64,000 nt of DNA from a virus. The notes beneath the pieces were generated by a model that saw only the letters and a list, made by a program, of their open reading frames with translations, ran no database searches and had not been told where the DNA came from. The translations under genes were made by a program, and so were the position numbers. Shown here one piece after another: positions 44,745 through 54,209 of the stretch; the stretch's first letter is position 1, and each line of letters starts with the position of its first letter. The stretch spans positions 64,001 through 128,000 of the IMG/VR virus record IMGVR_UViG_3300025646_005482; one strand, given 5' to 3'.

Positions 44745-47700
44745 ATGGCATTGTTAACAGGATTTGACGAATTAGATCCGGGTGCGGATACTTTTTCTGA
44801 TTGGTTAAACAAGACCAACGAACTTGTCTTGTACCTCAGAGGAAGTACTGACGCAGGTCAAACTTCTATCATGACCGCCAACTCTCAGCTTGGTGGTTCT
44901 CTCACTTATGGTAATGCTACACTTTGGGGTCAAATGGCTGCCAACTCTATGGTAGTATTCAATAATGGTGATGACGATGATTTTTCTGCGAACGGTGAAT
45001 ATGGCGGTCTGAGAGGTGGTACTTGGGTTGCAGCTGCAAATGCTATTCTAACCGATACACTTTACGTAGTATCTAATACCACATTTACTGACGATACTAT
45101 CAAAGTTAACGTCAACTCTGTATACGGTCTAGTAGTTGAAAACACAATCGATGCAAATGGCGATGTATTGTTTATCGGAGCAGGCGGTTCGAATACCGAT
45201 CCTGAATTACAATGGGAAGCAAACAATGCTACTCTTAATTGGAATGATAATATCAAGGCCACTTTTGGTACTGGAGATGACCTTGAGGTCTATTATACAG
45301 GAACTCGAGGAAATGTAAACACCGATATTCTAGATATTCGTGGTTCTACTAATACAAACATCTTCACAGATGACTTTGAGATGCGCTCTCAGGCCAACAA
45401 TGAGTTGATGTTAACAGCAAATGTCGCGAACGGCGTCGAGCTTTATTGGGATGGCATCAAGAAAGTATCATCAAATACACATGGTGTTGAAGTATACGGT
45501 CAAGTTATTGCTGATAATGGATTTGTTACTTACAACAACCAACCTATCGAGATGGGTGGCGCGAACTACGCAGCAGCCCATAACTTCACCATCGTCACTG
45601 ATGGCACAGATACAACTATAACAGAAACCTCTAACGATTTATCAGTTCGCGTTGAGGATAACTTCCGCGTTACTGATGATACAGGTGCTACTAGCCTCAT
45701 CGTTGCTAATACATCTGGTGAAGTTACACTGTATCACAACAATAATCAAAAGATGCAGACAAATGCTTACGGTGTAGAAATCACTGGAGAAGCAAATACT
45801 GATACGCTGCGTGTTGGTTCCGATGCAAACTTTGATAATAATACTCTGAATTCCAATAGTGTCCATTGGGATGCCACTCTTGAAGTGTGGAATTATCGTG
45901 ATGATGTTAAGGCTACATTCGGTGATTCGGACGATTGGACTTTGTACTATGATGCAGCTGGCAGAGCATATTCAAATGTAGATAATATGGATATTCGGGC
46001 TAGAACCGATATGAATATTATTACAGACGTCTTTGAATTAAAATCAGAAACTGGTCCAGAATTGTATATCTCTGCTGGTGTTGCAGATAATAGCACCGTA
46101 AGATTGTATTACGAAGGAAATGAAAGACTTCAGACAAATACATACGGTGTTGAAGTTACCGGACAATTAGTTGCAAATGGTGGTATCGTTGCATATAATA
46201 ATCAAAAGTTGGAGATGGGCGGTACAAACTACGCTGCAGCTCACAATTTCGAAATTTATACAGATGGTACCGATAGCCATATTACAGAAACTGGTGGCGG
46301 CGATCTTATTGTACAAGCCAATAATATACAAATCGAAGATACAAGTGGCCAAGCGTACTTCTGTGGTACTTCGGGATTGGGAGCTTCTGTCCATTATAAC
46401 GGTGCTATCAAACTAATTACCACAAATATTGGTATTGATATTACAGGCCAAGCAAACACGACTACACTACGAGTGCAAGGAAACGCCGCGTTTGAAAATG
46501 ATGGCGGTGTTGAGTCGATGCATTGGCATTCTAATGACGCTGTGCACGGTACACATTTACACTTCGAAGATGATGTTCAAATTAAAATGGGTGCCGCTCA
46601 TGATTTTGTCATATATCACGAGCCCGGTGGCAATAGCTATATTAAAGAACTGGGTAACGGCGATTTAGTATTACAAGCGAATAACATGCAACTTGAAGAT
46701 ACTTCAGGTCAAGCATACTTCTGCGGTACTGCTGGATCTGGAGCATCGATGCATTTTAATGGTGCTCAAAAACTTATCACTACAAATATTGGTCTTGATA
46801 TTACTGGCGAAGCCAATACTGATACCTTGCGTGTACAATCGACTACTTTACTAGAAGATGATGTTTATTTCGATGGTACAACAGCTGATCAATTGCATTG
46901 GGATTCATCGCAAAATGAATTACACTATAAAGACAATGTTTCAGCAGTCTTTGGCAACACAGATGATCTTAAAATTTACCACGATGGCACTGATGGTCGA
47001 ATTGTAGAATCTACCTCTGGTAATTTACATGTAACTGCAAACAATCTTATTCTAGAAGATACCGACGGTAATCAGTATGTCTGCGGCCTTGCAGGTTTAG
47101 GAACGTCTATTCACTACGCTGGCGCTACTAAGATTATCACTACGAATATTGGTATCGATATTACAGGTGAAGCTAATACTGATACGCTACGAGTGAAGTC
47201 TACAACAGATCTTGAAGACGATATCAGAATACAAGGTTCAACTAACTCTGACACAGTGACATGGGATAAATCAGCTAATACACTTAACTTAGACGACTAC
47301 AACTATCTGACATTCGGTACTGGTGGTGATTTTACTATTCATCACGACGGCAGCAACACATATATGACCGAAATTGGTGTTGGTCACCTTCATGTACAAG
47401 CCAATAATGTACAAATTGAAGACACAGATGGAGATGCATATTTCTGTGGATTAGCCGGAGCAGGAGCTTCTATACACTTTAACGGTGCACAAAAACTTAT
47501 TACCACTGCAACTGGTGTCGATGTAACTGGAAAAGTAGTCACAGATTCATTGCAAGTTGATGGTCATGTAGATCTTGGAGCTTCTGCAGCAGATACCATC
47601 AGCGTACTTGGTGAATTTGACACGGCATTGATTCCTGCAGTCGCTACAGCGAATGTTGGTTCTGTAGCTGATCCATGGGATTGGGGATACTTTAACGATA

Positions 47701-48107
47701 TCGTTGTTGCTAATACAGCGACTATCTTAAATCTTGAAGTAACTACACTCGAAGCCAACGGTGTAGCATTTACTGGTACTGGTGATGATGTCACGACTAC
47801 TTCTACGACTATTATTGATTCGTTTGAATATACTCAAACACAAGGATTTAAGTTCTTTGTACACGGTGAAAATATCAATGATGCCTCTTCTGGTTATGCG
47901 GTTGAAATCAATGTAATTGTAACAGATAATAAAGACATCTACTATACACGATATGGCGAAGTTGAAAATAATATGTCAGATGTCGTGATTGTTCCTGCGC
48001 TGGCAGCTAACACAACTCACGTAATTCTGAATGCAACGTGTGGTTCTGCGAGTGGTACAGATATACATAGATTCAAAGTTCTGAAGATAGAGACGAGAGC
48101 ATCTTAA
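44745..48107 (+). CDS. Large fibre/neck-whisker-like structural protein with internal repeats
   Basis: DTFSDWLNKTNEL N-terminus; repeated W..D.V.A.FG..DD..YH and KLITTNIGIDITGEANTDTLRV units. Confidence 0.8.
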   Translation: MALLTGFDELDPGADTFSDWLNKTNELVLYLRGSTDAGQTSIMTANSQLGGSLTYGNATLWGQMAANSMVVFNNGDDDDFSANGEYGGLRGGTWVAAANAILTDTLYVVSNTTFTDDTIKVNVNSVYGLVVENTIDANGDVLFIGAGGSNTDPELQWEANNATLNWNDNIKATFGTGDDLEVYYTGTRGNVNTDILDIRGSTNTNIFTDDFEMRSQANNELMLTANVANGVELYWDGIKKVSSNTHGVEVYGQVIADNGFVTYNNQPIEMGGANYAAAHNFTIVTDGTDTTITETSNDLSVRVEDNFRVTDDTGATSLIVANTSGEVTLYHNNNQKMQTNAYGVEITGEANTDTLRVGSDANFDNNTLNSNSVHWDATLEVWNYRDDVKATFGDSDDWTLYYDAAGRAYSNVDNMDIRARTDMNIITDVFELKSETGPELYISAGVADNSTVRLYYEGNERLQTNTYGVEVTGQLVANGGIVAYNNQKLEMGGTNYAAAHNFEIYTDGTDSHITETGGGDLIVQANNIQIEDTSGQAYFCGTSGLGASVHYNGAIKLITTNIGIDITGQANTTTLRVQGNAAFENDGGVESMHWHSNDAVHGTHLHFEDDVQIKMGAAHDFVIYHEPGGNSYIKELGNGDLVLQANNMQLEDTSGQAYFCGTAGSGASMHFNGAQKLITTNIGLDITGEANTDTLRVQSTTLLEDDVYFDGTTADQLHWDSSQNELHYKDNVSAVFGNTDDLKIYHDGTDGRIVESTSGNLHVTANNLILEDTDGNQYVCGLAGLGTSIHYAGATKIITTNIGIDITGEANTDTLRVKSTTDLEDDIRIQGSTNSDTVTWDKSANTLNLDDYNYLTFGTGGDFTIHHDGSNTYMTEIGVGHLHVQANNVQIEDTDGDAYFCGLAGAGASIHFNGAQKLITTATGVDVTGKVVTDSLQVDGHVDLGASAADTISVLGEFDTALIPAVATANVGSVADPWDWGYFNDIVVANTATILNLEVTTLEANGVAFTGTGDDVTTTSTTIIDSFEYTQTQGFKFFVHGENINDASSGYAVEINVIVTDNKDIYYTRYGEVENNMSDVVIVPALAANTTHVILNATCGSASGTDIHRFKVLKIETRAS

Positions 48108-48523
48108 TGGCAAATGCAATATATGATAAATACAAGGAAGCATTATTAAATGGTTCAGCAAATACGTCTCTAACTACTGAAACTGTTAAAGTTTCTTTGA
48201 TCGAGTCTAATACTTCTGTTGAGCCATTTACTTCTACAGATGAATTTTATAGTGATGTGACAAGTGTAGTTGCGACAGCTACACTGACTAATGTGACTGT
48301 AGCAGATGGTGTACTCGATGCTGATGATTTAGTATTTGAGTCTGTTACAGATACTACAGTAGACGGAGATGCTAACGCTTTGTTATTTTGGATAGACACT
48401 GGAAATACATCTACTAGCAGACTAGTTGCTTGGATGGACACTGACATAAACGGTTTACCAATTACTCCTGATGGCGCAAACGTAAATGTTACATGGAGCT
48501 CATCAGGAATATTCAAATTATAA
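48107..48523 (+). CDS. Virion structural protein (small beta protein)
   Basis: MANAIYDKYKEALL..GVLDADD..LPITPDGANVNVTW..GIFKL. Confidence 0.75.
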   Translation: MANAIYDKYKEALLNGSANTSLTTETVKVSLIESNTSVEPFTSTDEFYSDVTSVVATATLTNVTVADGVLDADDLVFESVTDTTVDGDANALLFWIDTGNTSTSRLVAWMDTDINGLPITPDGANVNVTWSSSGIFKL

Positions 48524-48535
48524 GAAGAGAAAGAG

Positions 48536-49558
48536 ATGGCCGTATCATCACAAAAATTTGACACACTCGATGGATTAGTTGTCACGGGCCCGATGGAAAT
48601 TGGCGGCAATGTGGCTGTCGACACGAACGTCCTTTTTGTAGACACTGTAAACAATCGTGTAGGTATCAATAAAACTCCAACTGTTGCGTTAGATGTTAGT
48701 GGTGCTGTAGCTATTACGAGCGGAAATATTACTGGCCTAACTAATCTTGGAGCTGGTAATCTAAGTCTAAACACTGATACTATTACTGGTACAGCAGGTA
48801 TAACACTAGACGCAGTGGGAGATATTTCTCTAGATGCTGATGGTGCCGACATTCTGTTAAAGGACGCTGGTACACAATACGGCGCTCTCACTAATTCTTC
48901 TGGCAATCTTGTAGTAAAGTCAGGTACTACTACCGCGATGACACTTACATCGGCAGGTGGAGTTGTATTTTCTGATAACTTAGGTATATCAAACGGCAAA
49001 CGTATCGATTTCGGTACGGTCATGGACATGACTGCAGACTCACAGGGTGTTTTATTAAATGCAAACACATATCATCAAGGGTCTATCGTCAGTTATTTTG
49101 GCGGAGTAAAAGATACAAATACGTATCTACAATTTAATGGTGCTGATTCTTTCCAAATAACAACTGGCGGAACAGTTAGAATGACCGTTAATAATAGCGG
49201 TGTGACTATTCCAGGGGCCTTGTTATTCGATAGTGTTGCATCAGATCAACCATATTATGAAACAATCAATGCTCCTGCTGGACTAACATTTAATTTGAAT
49301 AATGGATCAGCGTTTACTAAATCTGGTGGAGGAAGCGGAGGAACTGTAGTGTTTACCATGCCTTCAAGTCCCGGTACAAATAGTTTTGCATGGACAATTA
49401 AATTTATAAACTCTGGCGCATTGACTTGGCCAGCTAGTGTCAAGTGGTCTGAAGGAGTTCAACCGCCAGAATCTTCTGGAACTGATATATATAGTTTTGT
49501 AACGTACGACGGTGGAACCAACATCTATGGCTCACTCGCAGTTAGAAACGCGTCGTAA
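48536..49558 (+). CDS. Short tail-fibre protein with C-terminal WSEG/TDIYSF docking-type domain
   Basis: LFVDTVNNRVGIN fibre motif; ends WPASVKWSEGVQPPESSGTDIYSFVTYDGGTNIYGSLAVRNAS. Confidence 0.8.
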   Translation: MAVSSQKFDTLDGLVVTGPMEIGGNVAVDTNVLFVDTVNNRVGINKTPTVALDVSGAVAITSGNITGLTNLGAGNLSLNTDTITGTAGITLDAVGDISLDADGADILLKDAGTQYGALTNSSGNLVVKSGTTTAMTLTSAGGVVFSDNLGISNGKRIDFGTVMDMTADSQGVLLNANTYHQGSIVSYFGGVKDTNTYLQFNGADSFQITTGGTVRMTVNNSGVTIPGALLFDSVASDQPYYETINAPAGLTFNLNNGSAFTKSGGGSGGTVVFTMPSSPGTNSFAWTIKFINSGALTWPASVKWSEGVQPPESSGTDIYSFVTYDGGTNIYGSLAVRNAS

Positions 49559-49568
49559 GGGGTAAGAT

Positions 49569-51446
49569 ATGGCTGGTGCTGGTGGTAAAGGGTTTTTAGA
49601 TAGAACTTGGGCTGCAACATATGATCAGACCTCAGCGGGTACTGCTCCTGGTTCTGACCTCAATGTAACATACGGCAAACAAATAATAGAAGTATCAGCA
49701 AGAGGTGGAACGGCTAGCGCTCCTATCTTGCAACCTGCTTATTCCGTCACAACCAATTATCCTGCTCGCGATTACACACAAAGCGCTTATCAGGTCACAA
49801 CATTTTATGCAGATGAGATAACTAATTATCCTTCTCGTATCTTTACTCAGCCTGCATATTCAGTAATTACAAACTATCCGTCACGTAATGTTGCTGATCA
49901 ACCAGCGTATGCAGTAATTACTAATTATCCTAGTCGTTCTACTAATCAACCTGCATATTCAGTAATTACAAACTATCCGTCTCGTGGTAACCCTGCGCAG
50001 CCTGCGTATAGTGTGACTACAAACTATCCGAGTCGAGCCGTACCTGATCAGCCAGCATATTCAGTAACGACTAACTATCCGAGTCGAGCCGTACCTGATC
50101 AGCCAGCATATTCAGTAACGACTAACTATCCAGCTCGTGCGACACCTGATCAACCAGCGTATGGTGTCACAACTAACTATCCTGCACGGCTATATCAACA
50201 GGCTTCTTATTCAAGTATTGTATATTATCCTGCTAGAACTAATTATCAGAGTTATCCTGCACGAACGACTAACTATCCGTCGCGCAACACACCATCACAG
50301 CCCGCATATACTACAAACTATCCTGCGCGAACGACTAACTATCCAGCTCGAGCTGTACCGAATCAGCCCTCTTATACTGCAAGTTTTCCAGCGCGTTTCG
50401 TGCCTAATCAGCCTGCATACTCGCAAAATTTCCAAAACTTTAACATCTATATGGCATACTTGTGGGGGGTTATATATTATCCATCGCGTACGGTACCAAA
50501 CCAGCCTGCGTATGTTGCTAGTTATCCAGCACGTAACGTACCATCACAGCCCGGATATAGTGTAACTCAACCAGCATATAGTGTTTCTCATCCGGCCCGT
50601 GCTAATCCTGCACAGCCAGCATATAGTGTTACTCAACCCGGTTATCAGGGTTCTGCGTATCAACCAGGATATTCTAATGTTACTAATTATCCTGCTAGAA
50701 ATTATTATCAGAATGCATACTCTGTAACGACAGCTTATCCGTCACGTGCTAATCCTGCGCAACCAGCATATAGTGTTACAACTAACTATCCGGCCCGTGC
50801 TAATCCTGCGCAACCAGCATATAGTGTGACTACAAACTATCCATCACGAGCTAATCCTGCACAGCCAGCATATAGTGTAACTACAAACTATCCATCTCGT
50901 GCGACACCTGATCAACCAGCGTATAGTGTCACGACTAACTATCCCTCTCGTAATTATTCAGAGGCAGCGTATAGTGTCACGACTAACTATCCATCGCGAG
51001 CTGTACCAAACCAACCTGCGTACTCTGTAGTGACAAATTATCCGTCACGTGCTACTACACAGCCTACATATTCTGTTACTCAACCAGCATATCAGGTTGT
51101 AACATATTATCCATCGCGAGTATATCAACAAGCAGCGTACAGTGTGATCACAAACTATCCATCTCGAGTAACAGCTGGTACCAGTGGTACAGCTACTACT
51201 TTGCAAATGACTGGCAAAGATGGTACTACATATTTGTTGACAGCTCCAGGCACTGCGACGAATGTAGCTAACTACGCTGCTCCTCCCGTGGCTACTGCAG
51301 TATATGCAACTCTTTACGCGCCTGTGGTAAAAGAGCTAGCTAATGATCCTAATGAGGCAGATGTCACATTGGGTACAAGTCCTGCTGGTCAAACTAATCC
51401 GACATATCGGCCATTTGTCAATGTGAAGTATGACGGCAACCCATAA
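49569..51446 (+). CDS. Pro/Tyr/Thr-rich repeat fibre protein with mirror-complementary arms (predicted giant beta-hairpin)
   Basis: About 17-aa QPAYSVTTNYPSRxxPx repeats over residues 55-533. Confidence 0.85.
   Translation: MAGAGGKGFLDRTWAATYDQTSAGTAPGSDLNVTYGKQIIEVSARGGTASAPILQPAYSVTTNYPARDYTQSAYQVTTFYADEITNYPSRIFTQPAYSVITNYPSRNVADQPAYAVITNYPSRSTNQPAYSVITNYPSRGNPAQPAYSVTTNYPSRAVPDQPAYSVTTNYPSRAVPDQPAYSVTTNYPARATPDQPAYGVTTNYPARLYQQASYSSIVYYPARTNYQSYPARTTNYPSRNTPSQPAYTTNYPARTTNYPARAVPNQPSYTASFPARFVPNQPAYSQNFQNFNIYMAYLWGVIYYPSRTVPNQPAYVASYPARNVPSQPGYSVTQPAYSVSHPARANPAQPAYSVTQPGYQGSAYQPGYSNVTNYPARNYYQNAYSVTTAYPSRANPAQPAYSVTTNYPARANPAQPAYSVTTNYPSRANPAQPAYSVTTNYPSRATPDQPAYSVTTNYPSRNYSEAAYSVTTNYPSRAVPNQPAYSVVTNYPSRATTQPTYSVTQPAYQVVTYYPSRVYQQAAYSVITNYPSRVTAGTSGTATTLQMTGKDGTTYLLTAPGTATNVANYAAPPVATAVYATLYAPVVKELANDPNEADVTLGTSPAGQTNPTYRPFVNVKYDGNP
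49731..51167 (+). repeat. Coding tandem repeat (about 51-nt unit)
   Basis: Includes an exact 51-nt duplication at 50022-50123. Confidence 0.9.
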
Positions 51447-51451
51447 CGTCA

Positions 51452-51459
51452 TATAAATA
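51452..51459 (+). promoter_or_regulatory. Late promoter TATAAATA
   Basis: Exact consensus upstream of the oxygenase at 51490. Confidence 0.75.
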
Positions 51460-51489
51460 AAAATGTGACTATATTATTTAAGGTGATCT

Positions 51490-52116
51490 ATGTTTCAATT
51501 ACCATACTCTCTTGTTCCTCCATACGAACTTCCCCATTTTGGTGTCATGGAAAAAGTGTTCGACGAAGAAGAAGTCGAACGCATTCGTTTCTATGAAAAA
51601 ATTCTAGATTTTCAAGATGCTACGATTGTTGGGCAACAACAAGGCGATGAAGCTTCGCAAGAACAAACAGCCAGAATTGCAAAAAATGCAAGTATTCCAC
51701 ATGACGAAAATACTGTTTGGTTGTGGAATAAGATAGCGCATTTATCAGCAAAAGCAAATTATGATTTATTTTTATACGACATTTCTTTTCTCGAAGATTT
51801 AAGTTATACTGTCTACATAGGTACAGATAACGGACACTATACAAAACACATAGATACTTCTTTATTTGGTTATCGCAGATACGATAGAAAAATATCTGGT
51901 ATTTTAGTGTTGTCTGATCCAGATGAATATGAAGGAGGCACTCTGAGTATTGATGTATACGGTGGCGCGCCTGAAGACAGATGGACGAGAATAGAAAAAC
52001 CGAATAAAGGTGATTTAATTTTCTTTGATTCTAATTTCATTCACACGGTAGAACCAGTGACTAGTGGTAAACGTCAAGTGTTAGTATTTTGGGTACACGG
52101 TAAACAAAAACTATGA
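51490..52116 (+). CDS. 2OG-Fe(II) oxygenase (prolyl-4-hydroxylase/PKHD-like)
   Basis: HYTKHID, RKIS, DPDEYEGG, FDSNFIHTVEPVTSGKRQVLVFW. Confidence 0.9.
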   Translation: MFQLPYSLVPPYELPHFGVMEKVFDEEEVERIRFYEKILDFQDATIVGQQQGDEASQEQTARIAKNASIPHDENTVWLWNKIAHLSAKANYDLFLYDISFLEDLSYTVYIGTDNGHYTKHIDTSLFGYRRYDRKISGILVLSDPDEYEGGTLSIDVYGGAPEDRWTRIEKPNKGDLIFFDSNFIHTVEPVTSGKRQVLVFWVHGKQKL

Positions 52117-52826
52117 AAAGATTTTTTGGTAATGATATCATTGAGTTTTATACTTCTGATGATTTATATGGAAGTATACCCGAACCTGTAGAAGCAGCTA
52201 AATGTGTACCAGATTGGTTTAAAAAACTAAAACCATTCGTTGGAAGATCACGCGAAGGATTTCCTGAACCTACTGCAAAAAGATGCTTGCCTTTATTAGA
52301 TGCGATGACTCACGGCTATATCATCCCATTACAAGGTGATATTCATGTCATTTCTAATCATGATCTCAGTGTTATCAAGGCTAATGAACGAAACAGAGAT
52401 GCTCTCTTCTTGATGGATGGACATCCTAGTTTTCAAGTAGATTCTGCTGCATGGCCAGTTCAAAAACAACATCCACTCAAATTTATCAATAAGTGGAGAA
52501 TTAAAACGCGACCAGGTTGGTCGGTCCTTTTTACTGCGCCTTTAAATCATATTGGAATGCCATTTACAATTTTAAGTGGTGTTGTTGATAGTGATAAATA
52601 TCATCGCGAGGTAAATTTTCCTGCAATATGGCATGTGCCTAATTATGATGGTACTTTAAAAGCTGGCATGCCATTAGCTCAAGTAATTCCATTTAAAAGA
52701 GAAAAGTTTCCTAAGGCAAAGCCGAGAGTACAAAATAAAAAAGAAAGACAACATGAAGAAAAATTACGAGTTGCTATGGATAGCAGACATGGAGCTTATA
52801 CTGAAGAGCTGAGAGAAAAGAGATAA
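52113..52826 (+). CDS. Conserved phage hypothetical beta-rich protein (oxygenase-cluster associated)
   Basis: PDWFK, KRCLPLLDAMTHGYIIP, TRPGWS, GVVDSD, AGMPLAQVIPFKR. Confidence 0.75.
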   Translation: MKRFFGNDIIEFYTSDDLYGSIPEPVEAAKCVPDWFKKLKPFVGRSREGFPEPTAKRCLPLLDAMTHGYIIPLQGDIHVISNHDLSVIKANERNRDALFLMDGHPSFQVDSAAWPVQKQHPLKFINKWRIKTRPGWSVLFTAPLNHIGMPFTILSGVVDSDKYHREVNFPAIWHVPNYDGTLKAGMPLAQVIPFKREKFPKAKPRVQNKKERQHEEKLRVAMDSRHGAYTEELREKR

Positions 52827-52834
52827 ATAGTAAT

Positions 52835-53092
52835 ATGAAGATATGGGATAAAATAGTTGCAAAGATCGATGCGTGGCTTCACGACGAATTCGAAGTCACC
52901 ATTTATTTTGCAGGTGAAGTAATCGAAAAACCAGACGGCAGCAAAGTCACTACAGGCAATCCGAAAACATATGTATGTAGTAAGTTGATTAAGGTTACTG
53001 AGACACATTTTAAATTTATAACAACCGATAAAAGATTAGTGGAGATTAAAACGGTAGCACCTGTGAGCTATGACGTCGTCAAAATCAAATAG
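52835..53092 (+). CDS. Hypothetical protein
   Basis: 85-aa ORF preceded by GATAAATA-N5-ATG. Confidence 0.7.
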   Translation: MKIWDKIVAKIDAWLHDEFEVTIYFAGEVIEKPDGSKVTTGNPKTYVCSKLIKVTETHFKFITTDKRLVEIKTVAPVSYDVVKIK

Positions 53093-53100
53093 GAGCTAAC

Positions 53101-53430
53101 ATGGCCGAAGAAGAAAAAGAAGTAAAAGGCTTTCATCCAGCAGATACTAATGGTGACGGTAAAGTCAGTGAAGAAGAGCATGCAATGTATATGGAGTTTA
53201 AGAGAAAGGAACTAGAAGATGCCGATGCAATGCGAGACGCACAACGAAATATGGCGTGGTTCTCTCTTGCTGGTATGCTTTTGTATCCCGCCATGGTTGT
53301 TGCTACTGATCTTGCTGGGTTAGAAAAAGCATCGAACATTTTAGGTGATATGGCGCCGACCTATTTTGTTGCAGTCGCTGGTTTAGTTGCAGCGTTCTTT
53401 GGCGCACAAGCATGGAGCAAAGGTAAGTAA
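53101..53430 (+). CDS. Holin-like two-TM membrane protein with an N-terminal EF-hand
   Basis: DTNGDGKVSEEE loop; two hydrophobic helices; directly upstream of spanin pair. Confidence 0.65.
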   Translation: MAEEEKEVKGFHPADTNGDGKVSEEEHAMYMEFKRKELEDADAMRDAQRNMAWFSLAGMLLYPAMVVATDLAGLEKASNILGDMAPTYFVAVAGLVAAFFGAQAWSKGK

Positions 53431-53431
53431 T

Positions 53432-53827
53432 ATGCCGTATTTGATTTTATTATTGTTGCTTGGATCGATGGGCGGAGGCGCTTGGTATTATTATACCGAT
53501 ACACAAGAGCGCCTTGCAGTCCTTCGTGATAACAATGCAAAGCTAATGATGGTGGCTGAGACTAATCAAGAAACCATCAACAGTCTGCAACGTGACTATG
53601 AACTCGCACAAGAGAACATGCTCGCACTTGCAGAGAGGGCGAAAGCAGCAGAAGTGTATCAAGACGAATTGGCTGCAAAGCTACGTCGTCATGACCTCAC
53701 ACGACTGACCCTACAAAAACCTGGACTAATTGAAAAGAGAGTAAACAATGCTACGGACAAGATTTTCTCAGAGCTTGAAGTCGATTCTGGCGCTGAGCCT
53801 GTTGTTCCCGCTGATCAGCCTGAATAG
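53432..53827 (+). CDS. Inner-membrane spanin (Rz-like)
   Basis: N-terminal TM MPYLILLLLLGSMGGGAWYY, long coiled coil, KPGLIEKRVN motif. Confidence 0.8.
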   Translation: MPYLILLLLLGSMGGGAWYYYTDTQERLAVLRDNNAKLMMVAETNQETINSLQRDYELAQENMLALAERAKAAEVYQDELAAKLRRHDLTRLTLQKPGLIEKRVNNATDKIFSELEVDSGAEPVVPADQPE

Positions 53828-54209
53828 TGGTTGTGCAAGCGTAGAACCAACTGTCGTAGTCAAGACCGACTACGTCGTCAAGGATATTCCTATCCAACCC
53901 CGCCCTAAACCTATGAATCTGCATAGGGTAAAGTTTTATGCTGTGACTCCTGAAAACATGGATGAGTTCCTCGTTCGGTTTGAAGAAGAGAGTGGTACTA
54001 CTGTGTTCTTTGCATTGAGTGTTCCCGATTATGAGAACATGAGCCTGAACGTAGCAGAACTGCGTCGATATATAAACCAGCAGAAAGCTCTAATTGTATA
54101 TTATGAGGAATCTATCGAGACGATGATCAGAGAAACCCCAGAAGATACAGAAGAGGTAGTGCAAGAAGGAACAGATTCTCTGTTTGACCTTTTACCAAAA
54201 TTTGATTGA
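53748..54209 (+). CDS. Outer-membrane spanin lipoprotein (Rz1-like)
   Basis: Lipobox LNSGC, Pro-rich segment, DYENMSLNVAELRRYINQQKALIVYYE; overlaps i-spanin. Confidence 0.8.
   Translation: MLRTRFSQSLKSILALSLLFPLISLNSGCASVEPTVVVKTDYVVKDIPIQPRPKPMNLHRVKFYAVTPENMDEFLVRFEEESGTTVFFALSVPDYENMSLNVAELRRYINQQKALIVYYEESIETMIRETPEDTEEVVQEGTDSLFDLLPKFD

Noticed and set aside
48247-49068. 273-aa minus-strand ORF
   Set aside because: Lies antisense across two well-supported structural genes; no independent signals.
49731-51167. Regular ~51-nt repeats resembling a CRISPR array or a DNA inverted repeat
   Set aside because: Repeats are in-frame, vary at synonymous positions and have no unique spacers; QPAY and YPSR codons are not reverse complements, so the symmetry is at protein level only.
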